Source of the DNA: Adineta vaga
Lineage: Eukaryota; Animalia; Rotifera
Assembly (NCBI GenBank): GCA_021613535.1
Contig: CP075494.1
Span: 10,354,001 to 10,418,000, forward strand
DNA length: 64,000 nucleotides
Direction of reading: 5' to 3'
Shown here piece by piece: positions 23,601-35,487 of this stretch (within the stretch, counting starts at the first letter, position 1; every line of letters begins with the position of its first letter). The notes under the pieces are model-generated. The model saw nothing but the letters and a program-made list of their open reading frames with translations. It was not told the DNA's origin and made no database searches. The translations under genes were made by a program, and so were the position numbers.

Positions 23601-24031
23601 ACCTAAAATAAACAATTTCTAATCTAGTACATATCTACAGATGTGAAATAAAAGCGAAGACTGTTTTCTTCTCTAACTAATTGATCTCGATCTCTCATTG
23701 AATATTTAGGATGCTCTGTATTGACTCGATTGCTTGATTATGAAAGACGAAATTAACTGTTTTTATGTTGATAGAAAGAAAATTGATCGGATTGTTTTTT
23801 TTCTATGTCCGAAGGATATTTACTCTTCGTTAAAGAAGAATACAGGAAATCAGCTCGTTTGACAAAAGAAAAGAATTAGAAATTTAATGAACGACAATAC
23901 AACAGTTTTTTTTCTATTTGTAATTCAAATGAATTATTAATTATTTGATTTTGAACAAAGAATATCTCTTCTCTTCTAGACTTACGTCCACATGTATTGA
24001 TGTTTTGATGACTTAAGATTCGTTTGACCAT
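20673..24031 (-). CDS. SLC6 Na+/Cl- dependent monoamine transporter (DAT/NET/octopamine-transporter type), multi-exon
   Basis: '[37 protein letters not shown]|AFLIPY' (TM1 Asp), 'WKGIKTSGK', '[27 protein letters not shown]', '[14 protein letters not shown]', 'LTLGLDS'. Start MVKRILSH at 24031; stop at 20673. Confidence 0.93.
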
Positions 24032-24948
24032 TGTTTCAATTGCAATCACTAATTATATCTTCTATTCATACCATGTTCAGAAACAAAAGTAATATGGAAT
24101 AAGTATCTTGAAATGAAAAATAATTATGAGAGATTTTTTTTTCTTCTATTCATTGTGATTATTAAAAAAAAAGAAGAAGAAGAAGATAGAAGAAGGAAAG
24201 AAACAAGTTTTTTAATCGAAGAGATTGATGGTTTGTCAATTGTTCTCCCTTTTTTCTCTCTCTCTCTCTCTCTACATCTTTCTTCTTTCTTCCGAACGTC
24301 TTTTGAATAATATTGCGCACAATGACAGCGTTTTTCAAGCGAGAAAAATCACTGTTAAGTGTAATCAGAAAATCTTGCACGACTTTTCTCGTCTGCTGTT
24401 CGATTCTTTTAATAATGCCTTTTTCGATGCGCATGCACTTATTCTCATCTGGTGTGTACCTTGAAGAGTTATCTATAGACATGAGAAAAAACCCAGAAAT
24501 CAGTAATTTTCTATTGTTTTAGAAGACGAAATCCTTCCTTTTTCTTCTAAATATGTCAAGATTGATAAAAACGGATATCGATATGAAAAGCTTTATTTAC
24601 CTATTTGATAGTTCGTTTTTCAGAGTCTTTAAATAACAAGAAATCTTTAGTAAATAGATATCAATCAAATAACTAGAAGGCAATGGAAGAAATGTATATC
24701 CTATTTACATTATTCGAAGTGTCACGAATAATCAATAGTTAAATGGCAAAAATGAATCAAAAACATCCGAACTCGATCGAGTTCTAAAAGACAAAACAAT
24801 AAATAGGGGTTAGTTGATATCGACTTAATCTCCATTTTCATCATCGACTACATCTTTAAATCAATAGATTTGAAATAAGATCTTATATTTATTCAGATCA
24901 AAACAACACAAAAGAAGAAAAAAAAGAAACGAACTTTTGTTATCGATA

Positions 24949-26511
24949 TCAAAATATTAAAATGCCGAGTTTTGATAGATTTTTTTCGATATCATTCTGT
25001 CTTCGCTTTTGATTTTGATAGGTTGTTGAACAACGTAGAGAATCAATGGAATGTAAAATATCTTTTAAACATCGTGATCGATTTTCTTTTGTTATGGACA
25101 ATGGTTCAAGAATATGTTCGATTGAATTCGAATGAATTTGCTTTTGTAATTGTGTATATTCACGATCACGATGACGTGATAGAGCTAGTTTACGTTGTTC
25201 AGATGTATCAACAACGGTTGTATCCATTAAATCAATTCTATTCGGTGCACGAACTTTCTGTTTTGATGTATGAATATGATTATCATATGTCGAAATAACA
25301 GGTGGATTATGCATAGATTTTCTAGAAGAGAAGATAATAGAAATAGATGGAATGAAAGAAGTACAAACCCTAATTCGATCTCTTCACTTAGAAATGATTT
25401 TGCATCATCATATGTCAAATCGGATCCATCAACAATTGATGATGATGATGATTTATCTTTTAGTTTTTTTGGATGAACATCTTGCGATTGATTTTGTAAA
25501 GCCTGACGACGTAATAAAGGTAAGTAACGATTTGATTTACTTAGAAATTGTTCAGGATATTGACGAAATTGTTGAAGAGTATTTTTCGTTGGAATCATTC
25601 TCGCAGGCGATCGTCTGGAATGAATTATCGGTTTCATCTGTTCTTCCATGTGATCAACTGTTGTCATTACCGGAATAGGATTTGTTGGAGGAATTGGATA
25701 TGTTCGTAAACCATGGGCTGATGTGACATTTCGATTGTATTGTTTATCTTTATCATTGGATAGAGGAGGTTTTCTTGAGATATGAGCCGATTGAATGTTT
25801 CGTTCAGGATTCATTTGAAATTGAACATGACGTTCTTGATTATCATCCGATTGTTCTGTTGAAGACTAGATGATAAAATCTAAAGAATTCGTTTCATATC
25901 GATTATATTTACCAATTTCTTAGCACTTGATAGTTGAATATGTTTTTTATTATGTCGAAGAAATACTTCTGTCAATGAAGCATTTGATTGTTTGTCACCT
26001 TGAACTGATATATTTCGTTTCATTTTTGCTGCATTTGATGAATGAGCACGCATCGCTTTATTTGTACTATTATCTTCAAGTAATTTTTCTGGATCGATCG
26101 CATTCTCTTCAATATCACTCATATCAAAATATTGACAACATTTTCGAACATAATTTAATGTACTAAAATCATTGAAAATTATCGATAGATTTCAGTAAAA
26201 AAAAAAAGCTTTACTGAAGAATCGGTTCACTATCTTTAAAACGTATTGCCTGTTTATTAATAAATAATTTCTGATTATAATTATGTCGTTCAATGAGTTT
26301 TTCTCGTTGATCGCCTAATTGATGTAATTGCATTTGAAGAAGACGATTCGATTGAGAAAATGAATTTTCTAAATGATTCGATTCTCTCATATCGTATGTA
26401 TATGTTCAAATCTATACCTTTTTGTATCCAACGTTCAATACGTTGTTTTCGAATAAGTACTTGACTTGAACGAAGTGCTGCTGATTTGCAGATCGGTTTA
26501 TTATTCGACAT
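24949..26511 (-). CDS. Hypothetical low-complexity hydrophilic protein, multi-exon; 3' end uncertain
   Basis: Chain of minus-strand ORFs (26511, 26122, 25814, 25314) separated by short intron-like gaps. No domain recognised. Confidence 0.5.
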
Positions 26512-26851
26512 TTCTTTGTTAAGAGAAAAAGAAAATCCGAAAAATGAATTGGAAAATTTATTTTTGTATATTAATGTATAACAAAAATGTAATTATTTTT
26601 TGATTGAAGTATTGCATTTGTAAGAGACCCGTCTTATGATTGTCTTGTTAATATAAGAGAAAGAAAATTTTTATTAGTTTATGTTGAATATTTATTTTAG
26701 AAATAGATGACATTTCTATGTTGTCCTGAAGCTTTAGGTTTTTTTTTATTAAATGAATATGAATAGTATTGACAAAATAGATGTATTTTGTATATATGAA
26801 TGAATGAAAAGACAAAACAAATAATAATATGTGTATTTTCAAGTTTATTTA

Positions 26852-27265
26852 TCATTTTTTTCGTCTTAAACCTAAATATTTGTCCGGTATATAAGCTTGT
26901 GGATATGATGATATTCGATGACCACGTGGAATTTGAAATAATTCACGTAAGTGTTTCTTTCGTTCAGATATAGGAGTACCTTTTGGAATACTACAGGCTC
27001 GATGAAATCCATTTGAACTACCATACAATAATTCTGTATCATTTTCAAAGACTTTTTTTCGTAGACTGACATGGAATAAACTTAATTCACTTGTTTTTGA
27101 AGGTTTCGCTTTTTGAACCACTTTCTGTGAACCATAGACAGAATAAGTATCCATATGAAAACGTAATCGTGCTGATATTGGACGATCTGAACTAGATTTG
27201 GATGAATATGAACGAAAGAGAATTCTCGTAAAATATCGAGAAGATTGCAAAAATGATGAAAACAT
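26852..27265 (-). CDS. Small basic protein with a mitochondrial-targeting-like N-terminus
   Basis: MFSSFLQSSRYFTRILFRSYSSKS is R/S-rich and lacks acidic residues; a splice acceptor lies just upstream of the ATG. Family not recognised. Confidence 0.6.
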   Translation of the reverse strand: MFSSFLQSSRYFTRILFRSYSSKSSSDRPISARLRFHMDTYSVYGSQKVVQKAKPSKTSELSLFHVSLRKKVFENDTELLYGSSNGFHRACSIPKGTPISERKKHLRELFQIPRGHRISSYPQAYIPDKYLGLRRKK

Positions 27266-27487
27266 TTTCCTATAATCTAAAAGACACACGAAAAATCTAT
27301 TTCTTCGAATTTTCTCATGCTTTCTTTTTTGATACTTAGTAAGAGGCCTGCTTTTTTAACTATAAATCACCAGTTGACAACAACAACAACAACAACATAT
27401 CGTTCCATTTGTGATTAAAAATTAGCGACCAAAAAAATTTATTCATATAAAAATTAAGAAAGAAAAAAATATCATAGATAAGCAAAA

Positions 27488-29247
27488 CTAATATGGATCT
27501 AAGCCCTCCCAGTAATGTTTACTATATCCATCTTTACAATGATCCAACAAGATTTTTCTTCGTTGATCACAATAACTTGTTTTATCCATTAATTTCAAGA
27601 TCGCATTTGAATCTGCCGTAAATTCTTGCTCGAAAAATCCCGATAAAATTTCCGTTGCTTGCTCAAGATCCGCTTGATTTTGTTCGAAAATTTCCGATTG
27701 ATTATTTCGTTGTAAATAATAAGCAAATGGATATGTATATTTCAATGTTCGACGACATTGTTGAAGAACATTGAACGCTTTTTGAACCGATTCAACTTCA
27801 GTATAAGTCATAGATTCAGTTTGCATTTCTCGCTTACGTTGTTCAACCTTATCAACTAATTTCTTTTCGAATTCAAGCGATTGATTATGCGTTTGATAAC
27901 GTGTAAAATAATGTATATAACGTTCAAGAGTTTCACGAGCTTCCGATTGACTCTTTTCTGCTTCGTCAACTTTATAAACGTTACATTGCTGATGTCCTGC
28001 CCAAATACCTAGATCGAAATGAAATAAATATTAATGTGTCTATTAATCTTATGTAGAATTACGTAAAAATCAGTACGTACCGAAACATAACCAACAAAAT
28101 TCATGACCACATCCTGGTTTTCTACAAGCTAAATTAAAACAAAAACGATTTTTGATTCTGATTAAACAAAAAATCTAGTCGTCATACTCATATGATTACA
28201 ACCACCATTTTTTTCAATACTTGATCGACATTTTGGACATTCCTTTGTATCTAAATTGAATTTTTTTATTGAATTCATATTGAACAAACAAGATCAATGA
28301 TTTACTAGCAAGAATCCATTTTCCAGTCATTGATTCATCTTGATTTTTCTCTTCCCATTTGTCTAACATTGAACATTGTATTGGCGCATGCCATTGTTTT
28401 GAACATTGAAAACAGAAAACATTTTGACATTGATCACATTCAATTAAGTGTGCACAACTTGTTGAATATGTTTTTATTTTCACAATCGTCGTACATCCAT
28501 TTCCTGGACACCAATTTGTCAATCGATTCGTTTCAACAAATATATCAACTAAATATCGTTGATAACGTTCATGAAGATTTGTATCATTGATTAATAATTT
28601 CAATATTTGTTCATCATCAATGATTTGATTACATCGAGATGGACAATAAACTGGACGACCGGTACCACTATGAAAGACACTCGATTGAAGATATCCTTGC
28701 CAACAACTTAAACAATGTTGATGTCGACAAGGTAAAGAATAGAATTCAGCGAGAGGCTGTTCAGAACAACAACTAAAACCAAGAATAAATTTAAATAAAA
28801 ATATTTTTCATGAAACTTTTCGCAATAATTACGTTCGACAGATTGCATTTCCGTTTGTTGTTGCATGTTGAATAATTGCAAGCATAGGATCAGTTGAAGG
28901 AAAAATAGCTGGTGAAAGAGGATTCCATTGAAGTGATGGAGAAAGATATGGATTTGCAACATTGAGTGTTTGAAATAATTTTTCAGGATCATCATAATAT
29001 CGGTCTAAAACAAAAACAATCATATGATATTTGAAAGAGAATACATCAATTTACCAGTTAAAGTATTTTTATCCCAACTAAAATGATTTAATATTAATCG
29101 CACTAATGTTGTTGATGGTAAACCAAGTATTTCATTCATTTCTTTTACTATTTTCTTCATTTCTTCCAAAGCTTCTTCTCCAGTCATTAGAAAATATATT
29201 ATTTGTTCATTTGTAGTAATTGTTGTCGGAGATATTTTTTGATGCAT
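27488..29247 (-). CDS. Ariadne-family RBR E3 ubiquitin ligase (ARIH1-like), multi-exon
   Basis: UBA-like 'VRLILNHFSWDKNTL|DRYY', RING1, IBR 'WCPGNGC...CDQCQNVFCFQCSKQWHAPIQC', RING2 'TKECPKCRSSIEKNGGCNHM', and Ariadne domain 'CRRTLKYTYPFAYYL..NQSEIFEQNQADLE'. Confidence 0.92.
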
Positions 29248-29956
29248 TTTGATATTTATTTTTTTATAAAATGAAATAAAAGAAATAAACAATCTTTATG
29301 GACTCAATCAAAAGGTATGGGCACCTTGTCCTTGTTTTGTTTTATGCATAAATGATGATTCATATCTCAAATATGAAAAAACCGTAAAATTTTATTTAGT
29401 CTGTTCGAATGCGACATCTTTAGTTTTCAAATAAGTTCATGAAAAATTCTTCTTTCAGATTGATTCAAATACAAAGTAACCGTATTTCTTGTCCCAATAT
29501 TAAATGAACTAATTAAACCTTTCATTAACTGAATAAACTCCTATAATCATCACGTTATGCACGTAGTAGATGTGTCGAGAGTAACGTGGCACGTTCATTA
29601 TTAAAGTATAGAAAATAAATTGGCCTACTTTGGATATATTTCCTAAGAACTCATAAACGTATATAGTAATAATTAGAGCACAAACTCAATCGAATACATC
29701 GAGGAAACGATGTTTTGTATTTATTAACATAATTTGATTAGAATGTTTTGTTGAACTAAATAAATAATAATATTTACAACACTCTTGAATGTGTAAATCA
29801 GTAGCAAAATCCCTCGATTTGTTCTTTATCTCAAAATGAAATCGGACTGATAAGATTATTTTTATATACTTTTTTGTACGTGTCTTTTTATTCGATGGAA
29901 ATAAAAACAAAACTGGGATGATACACTCGTTTTTATCTTCTTCTAACTGTTCGTAA

Positions 29957-30415
29957 TTAACGTCGACGACCAACAATACCATGAGCATAGAGGGCTTTTT
30001 GGAGTTCCAATGGAATTGTACGTTTCTTATATGGACGAACTCGAACAATAGCATTATGTAATTTAAAAATTGGGCTTGGTCGATAATAATTTGGATAGAT
30101 TCTCTTTTGCCACAGATTAGTTGAAGATAAATCATCGTCATCATCATCATCAAGAGATGCATAAAAGGAACCGTCGTTTTCAGACAATATATTAAATCGG
30201 CCACGATCATCATCAAATATCAATGGTTGAGATGCATAATTATTGACTCGATCAATACTATAAGCAGAGATTTGTCGACTATGGTTAAGAAATATGAATA
30301 AAATAAACAGAGTGAAAATATATGAAGTAATATTGAACATTGGAATGAACTAGAAGTATAAAAGAACTAGATAGACATGTAATTTTTATTTCAATGATCA
30401 TATTACCTGAGCCAT
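29957..30415 (-). CDS. Neuropeptide precursor A (predicted TIPLELQKALYAHGIV-amide)
   Basis: 9-nt exon MAQ, phase-0 intron, FIPMFNITSYIFTLFILFIFL signal peptide, acidic spacer, then KKR-peptide-G-RRR*. Confidence 0.85.
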
Positions 30416-31878
30416 GAAGAAGAAGAAGAAGAATGAGTATTTGCTTTTCTTATTCAATGAGAAGTTCGATTATTCTATAAGTCGATTCAATTAGAAAAGA
30501 GTTTATATACTAGGATAATCATGAAAACTAACTGCTCTCATACAATGAGCAGTCTTTTTTTTCCACCCACATCCATTTGGATTACGCACGACTTCGATTA
30601 AATATTTGCATTTTAAACTATTTTTATGCGTAAATTATCTTATTTACTGTCGTTTCTCATATCAATCATTTTTCTAAACGAGAAAAAAAGTAAGAAATAT
30701 CACTAGAAGCGTTTTTCTTTGTTCTTATACGCAAAATCATCGATCGACGTCATATACATCAAACAAATCTCAAACTTTACTTTTCACCTCGTTGAACGTC
30801 ATTTACTACTAATTTTAATTATTGATTATTTAAGATCAAAGAAAACACTCAGGTACGTTAGTCATTTGAAGAAAAGTCGAACAAAGTCACAACTTACACT
30901 AGTTACAAGCATTGCCTATCTATCTCTTGCAATCCTTTTCGGAATTAATGAATAGCAATATATCTCTTTGTCTCAATGTCATTGATAGACAGATCTAATT
31001 TAAAGGAGAGAAAAAAAATACAATAGAATTGATACTTTACAAGTTATTGAATTTGTCTGACATATCTCTTGACATGAATGTTGTCAAGAATAATATCGAC
31101 TACAAATTAATATGTCATCATTATATCTTCTTCTCTTCTATTAATCGTAAAATGAATTTATAGATGGAAGAAAACATTTACACATTTATTTCCTCTTATG
31201 TTATTTTCGAGAAATGTCTATGCGTGTTCCTTTTACACAATACATTAAATAAAATCTCCATGATTTCTTCCTACTCATTCTTTAAATAAAAAAATTCTAT
31301 AAAGTACATCACAACAATCCAACAGAAACTCTATTCACTATGTAGATAAAAATATTTGAAGATTGTCACACAATTGACATAAACTGAATACGTAGTATTC
31401 ATGAAAAATGAGATAAAAGTATATTCTTTATTCATATGAATAATTCCACATTGGCGCAAATGTAAAACATAAAATATTTATCAAGAATAATACGATTCGG
31501 TATAATGAAAGAACTTTAATTGCATTTTTAATTCTTGTCAAATTTTTCGGACAAATAAATTTCTTTAAAATACATGTTTATGAAGCGATAATGGATGAAT
31601 TTAAATGAAAAAATAGATATAAACCTTTCACTGATATTCTCTCTCTCCCCTCCTTCAGATAATTCAGAGTGTAAATAGGCAAAGATTTTTGTTGTGAATA
31701 TATTTATTTCATATTTTATTATTGACTGAAATAAGCAAAAAAATAAATGCAATCATATTTCATCGTTCTTATGTTGTTCTATATCAAGGCAACAAAGTAC
31801 ACGAACATGAAAAAAATCATAGTGATTCACACCTAAAAAGCAAAAATAATTACATATACGTATGAAATAACAGTATTG

Positions 31879-34288
31879 ATGGCTAAGAAAGTGTCTCCAT
31901 GTCTTTTAACATTACCTACTGAATTTGTCTATCGAATTCTTGATCAACTTGACGAATTAACAATACTTCTTTCCATACGAAATGTTTGTATACGATTAAA
32001 TACAATCACAGACACATATTATCGATATCAAGTAACGTTATTACTTGATATATTTTGAGCATTACTTATGTATCTAGATTTTCACCAAACTAAATCTTGC
32101 ACATGAAAGATTAAATAATGAACGTTTACAAAATCTTACCAGTGTACTACGAACAAATACAGTAATATTTATTAACTTGCAGATGTATCACTATCATTTT
32201 ATCTAGACAATTAGAACTCTCAGTTTTAATCATAACAAAATAAATGATACCAATATTCAAAATATAGCTGATATTTTACGAAACAATACAGTAAGATAAA
32301 AGTTTCCAAATTATTAATAAATAAACATTTTTACGAATGATAAAACTAGACATTGACAACATTGAATCTTTATTGCAATCAAATAGGTCCTGTAGGAGTA
32401 CTGCATTTGACAGATGCTTTGAAAAATAATCAAGTAAGATAGGTTATCTGTTTATGAATCATCTATTAACAGATTTGCATTTAGACATTAATAACTATTG
32501 ACCTTTTTGATAATCATATAGGAAATGAAGGTGCAAAATATTTTGCTGATTTATTACAATATAATAAAGTACTGGTCATCGATACTTTGCTTATTTAATA
32601 TAGATAATTTTATATAGACTCTTCGAATATTGAATCTTCCATTGAATAATATCGATGACGAAGGAATAGAATATTTGGCACATATGTTAAACAATAATAC
32701 AGTAAATAATACTGGTACTATGTTGTTTTTTCATGGGTATAACTTTTAGACATTAACAAAACTTGATCTTCATCAGAATAAGATTGGTTTGCGAGGTGCA
32801 CAATCGATAGCTGAAGCATTACAATACAACATGGTTCGATAAGATTATTATTGATATCTATATATATATCGTTTTTGATATAGACACTTGCTATACTTAA
32901 CCTTAATCATTGTCAAATGGGAGATCAAGAAGTTCAGCATTTAGCCATAATATTAGAAAAGAATAAAGTAGAAAAAGTCATTTTGTATCTATTCAATGAA
33001 ATGATTTCTTGATAGGCACTGACAACGTTGAATCTTCAATTAAATAATATTGCAGATGAAGGGATACATCATCTAGCTAATTCATTACGAATGAATACGG
33101 TAAACGCATCGAGTTCGGAAAAAAAAGAAAACTTTAACTATGACGTAGTTTTGTGACTACGGAACATCGAATTCTCTTAAATGTTCTAATCTATTCAATA
33201 GACACTGATAACACTCGATCTTCAAATGAATTACATCAGTTCTCAAGGAATCAAATATTTAGCAGATGCGCTACAAAACAATACAGTATGTCTAATTTTC
33301 TTTTTCTTTCATGGTAATCCGTATTATAATTCAATATAGTCAATCACCGTAGTTGATTTACAAGGCAACTTAATTGATAATAACGGTGTGAAATATTTAG
33401 CTCATGCTTTACAAACAAATCAAGTATGAAAATTTCTCATATTTTGCATAATCTTTTTATATCTTTCGATGTAGACTATCATAACTCTTAATCTACGAGC
33501 CAATTTCATTAGTAATGATGGAATTAAATATCTTGCTGATGCATTAAAATTGAATACTGTATGAGAATGCATTAGATTATTTCTTCCATCAATGCTATAT
33601 GGAATCATTTGTAATAGACACTTACAACAATCATTCTTTGTTTGAATGAAATTGAAGACGAAGGTGTTGAATATTTAGCAAATGCATTACAAATCAATAC
33701 GGTATGAGTATTAAACAAATATTTTATTTTACTTATATTTAGTTTGATAGACACTTATTACCTTGGATCTTTATAAAAATAAAATAGGATTTCAAGGAGC
33801 TTTGCACTTGTCGAATGCATTACAGATTAATAAAGTAAAACAAAGTCGTCTCTTAAATACAATCTTGATCTAATGTTTGTATTTTAATATAAATATAGTC
33901 TCTTAAAATGTTAAATCTTCGTGATAATTATATAAATGACGAAGGTGTCAAATATCTAGCAAATGCTTTACAAGCAAACAGAGTAATTGAAATTTACTGT
34001 TCCATGTTACAGTACATATTGATAATTTTTATTAAATTTATATCTATAGACACTTGAAACATTGGATCTTGAAGTCAATGAAATAAGTGATCAAGGTGTA
34101 CAATATCTACTTGATTCTCTACAACATAATACAGTAATAGATTTGTTACTAATTATCTATTATTCTTTTATACAATATAGACATTGACAACACTAAATCT
34201 TGACTGCAATAGAATCAGTGAATCAATGTTCCAATCGTTAACGAAACTATTAGCAAAGAATATACCAAGTCTACAAAGTTTTCATTGA
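31879..34288 (+). CDS. F-box-like + 16 RI/NLRC3-type 28-aa LRR protein (17 exons, about 506 aa)
   Basis: Exon 1 (31879-32031) is F-box-like: 'LLTLPTEFVYRILDQLD..TILLSIRNVCIRLN'. Fifteen 84-nt exons follow, each TLxxLxLxxNxIxxxGxxxLAxALxxNx; terminal exon 34181-34288. All junctions are GT-AG, phase 0, with no stops. Confidence 0.92.
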
Positions 34289-34615
34289 AATTTGAGATCG
34301 ATGATAATTATTTCATTCTTTTTCATCTGTATTTTCAAGTCAAGATTGAAGTTACCCTTGGACTCTAATACCTACATTAATAGTCTTAAAATAACTTTCT
34401 TTTCTTATATGACAGTTTCTTATCACCATCTTATCGTATTTTAATCTTTTTTTCGCATAGAGTTAACATGCACTATTTTCCTATCAACATTATCCATCTC
34501 AGTATAATCACACGAATACATTAATTCAAAAGTTTTATTTTATTATTAATCACATAAGAGAAGATCAATTTACAAATACACGTAGAGTTCAATTTCAATC
34601 AAGTTCATCATTGAA

Positions 34616-35053
34616 TTAAGAAGGCTAGAAGAAAAAACACATAAAGAAAGATTATTTGAGTTTGTAACTATCAAGAAAACTTACTGTAAAATTCATGATG
34701 ACATGAATTTCACCATGTGATGATAGACCAAATTTAGCTGGAAGTTTAACCCATTCATTAAATCGACCATCATCAAAAACATGTTTCAATTTAACTTTTC
34801 CACTTCCAATTGAATCTCGACCGATAACATCAGCATCATAGACATCGAAATGAATTGTATCATCACCTTTTTGTAAATTGAATGTAAATCGTTCATTCCA
34901 TGTTGGATTATTCGAGTTGGAGATTGTTGTTGTACGTTGTTTATATTTTTTCTCTAAGTAGATTTCAACATATGCATCATTTTGTCCAACAATATCTCGA
35001 TCTTTGAGGTTACGTCCTTCGGCAATGATGACTTCAAGAGTACCAGCTGGCAT
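34616..35053 (-). CDS. Stand-alone Ca2+-binding C2-domain protein of about 125 aa
   Basis: 'GTLEVIIAEGRNLKDRDIVGQNDAYV...NPTWNERFTF...VYDADVIGRDSIG'. A final intron after NFT adds PS* (stop 34616-34618). Confidence 0.88.
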
Positions 35054-35487
35054 TGTTCTGTAAATATGTTTGTTTTAAAAGTTTGGAATTGAGTTGAATA
35101 TGATGGTTTCTAATTTTCGGTTGACTTTAAATAGGTAAGGAAAAAGAACGCACGCCCTCGAATAAATTGTTCTTTTCTATATATGACATCACCGAATATA
35201 TTCTTATCAATTGACGCGAGTACTGTATTTGTTGTAGAATGAATCAAACTTACGATGTTAAAAAGAAACGGACAGAACAAAATAATATAATAGTAATCGT
35301 AAGGCGATGACTCATCCTTCTTTTCAGTATGAAATGTTAGAAGAGGACAGGTGACGTCAGTAATCAATGTCCGCAAATATGAAAAATTATTAATCATGAA
35401 AATTGTCTTTTTCATTCGGTACATTTTTGCTTTACTACACAATATGATAAATTACAGAGTGATTTCGAAAGATATGTAACGAAAAAA

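Noticed and set aside
24113-24660. Overlapping short ORFs on both strands upstream of the SLC6 gene
   Set aside because: Low-complexity GA/CT-rich sequence; cannot distinguish terminal exons of the 26511 gene from 5'UTR exons of the transporter.
32078-34288. Periodic repeats of about 135 nt resembling a CRISPR array or satellite
   Set aside because: The units are 84-nt coding LRR exons plus variable introns, conserved at the protein level only; the context is eukaryotic with no cas genes.
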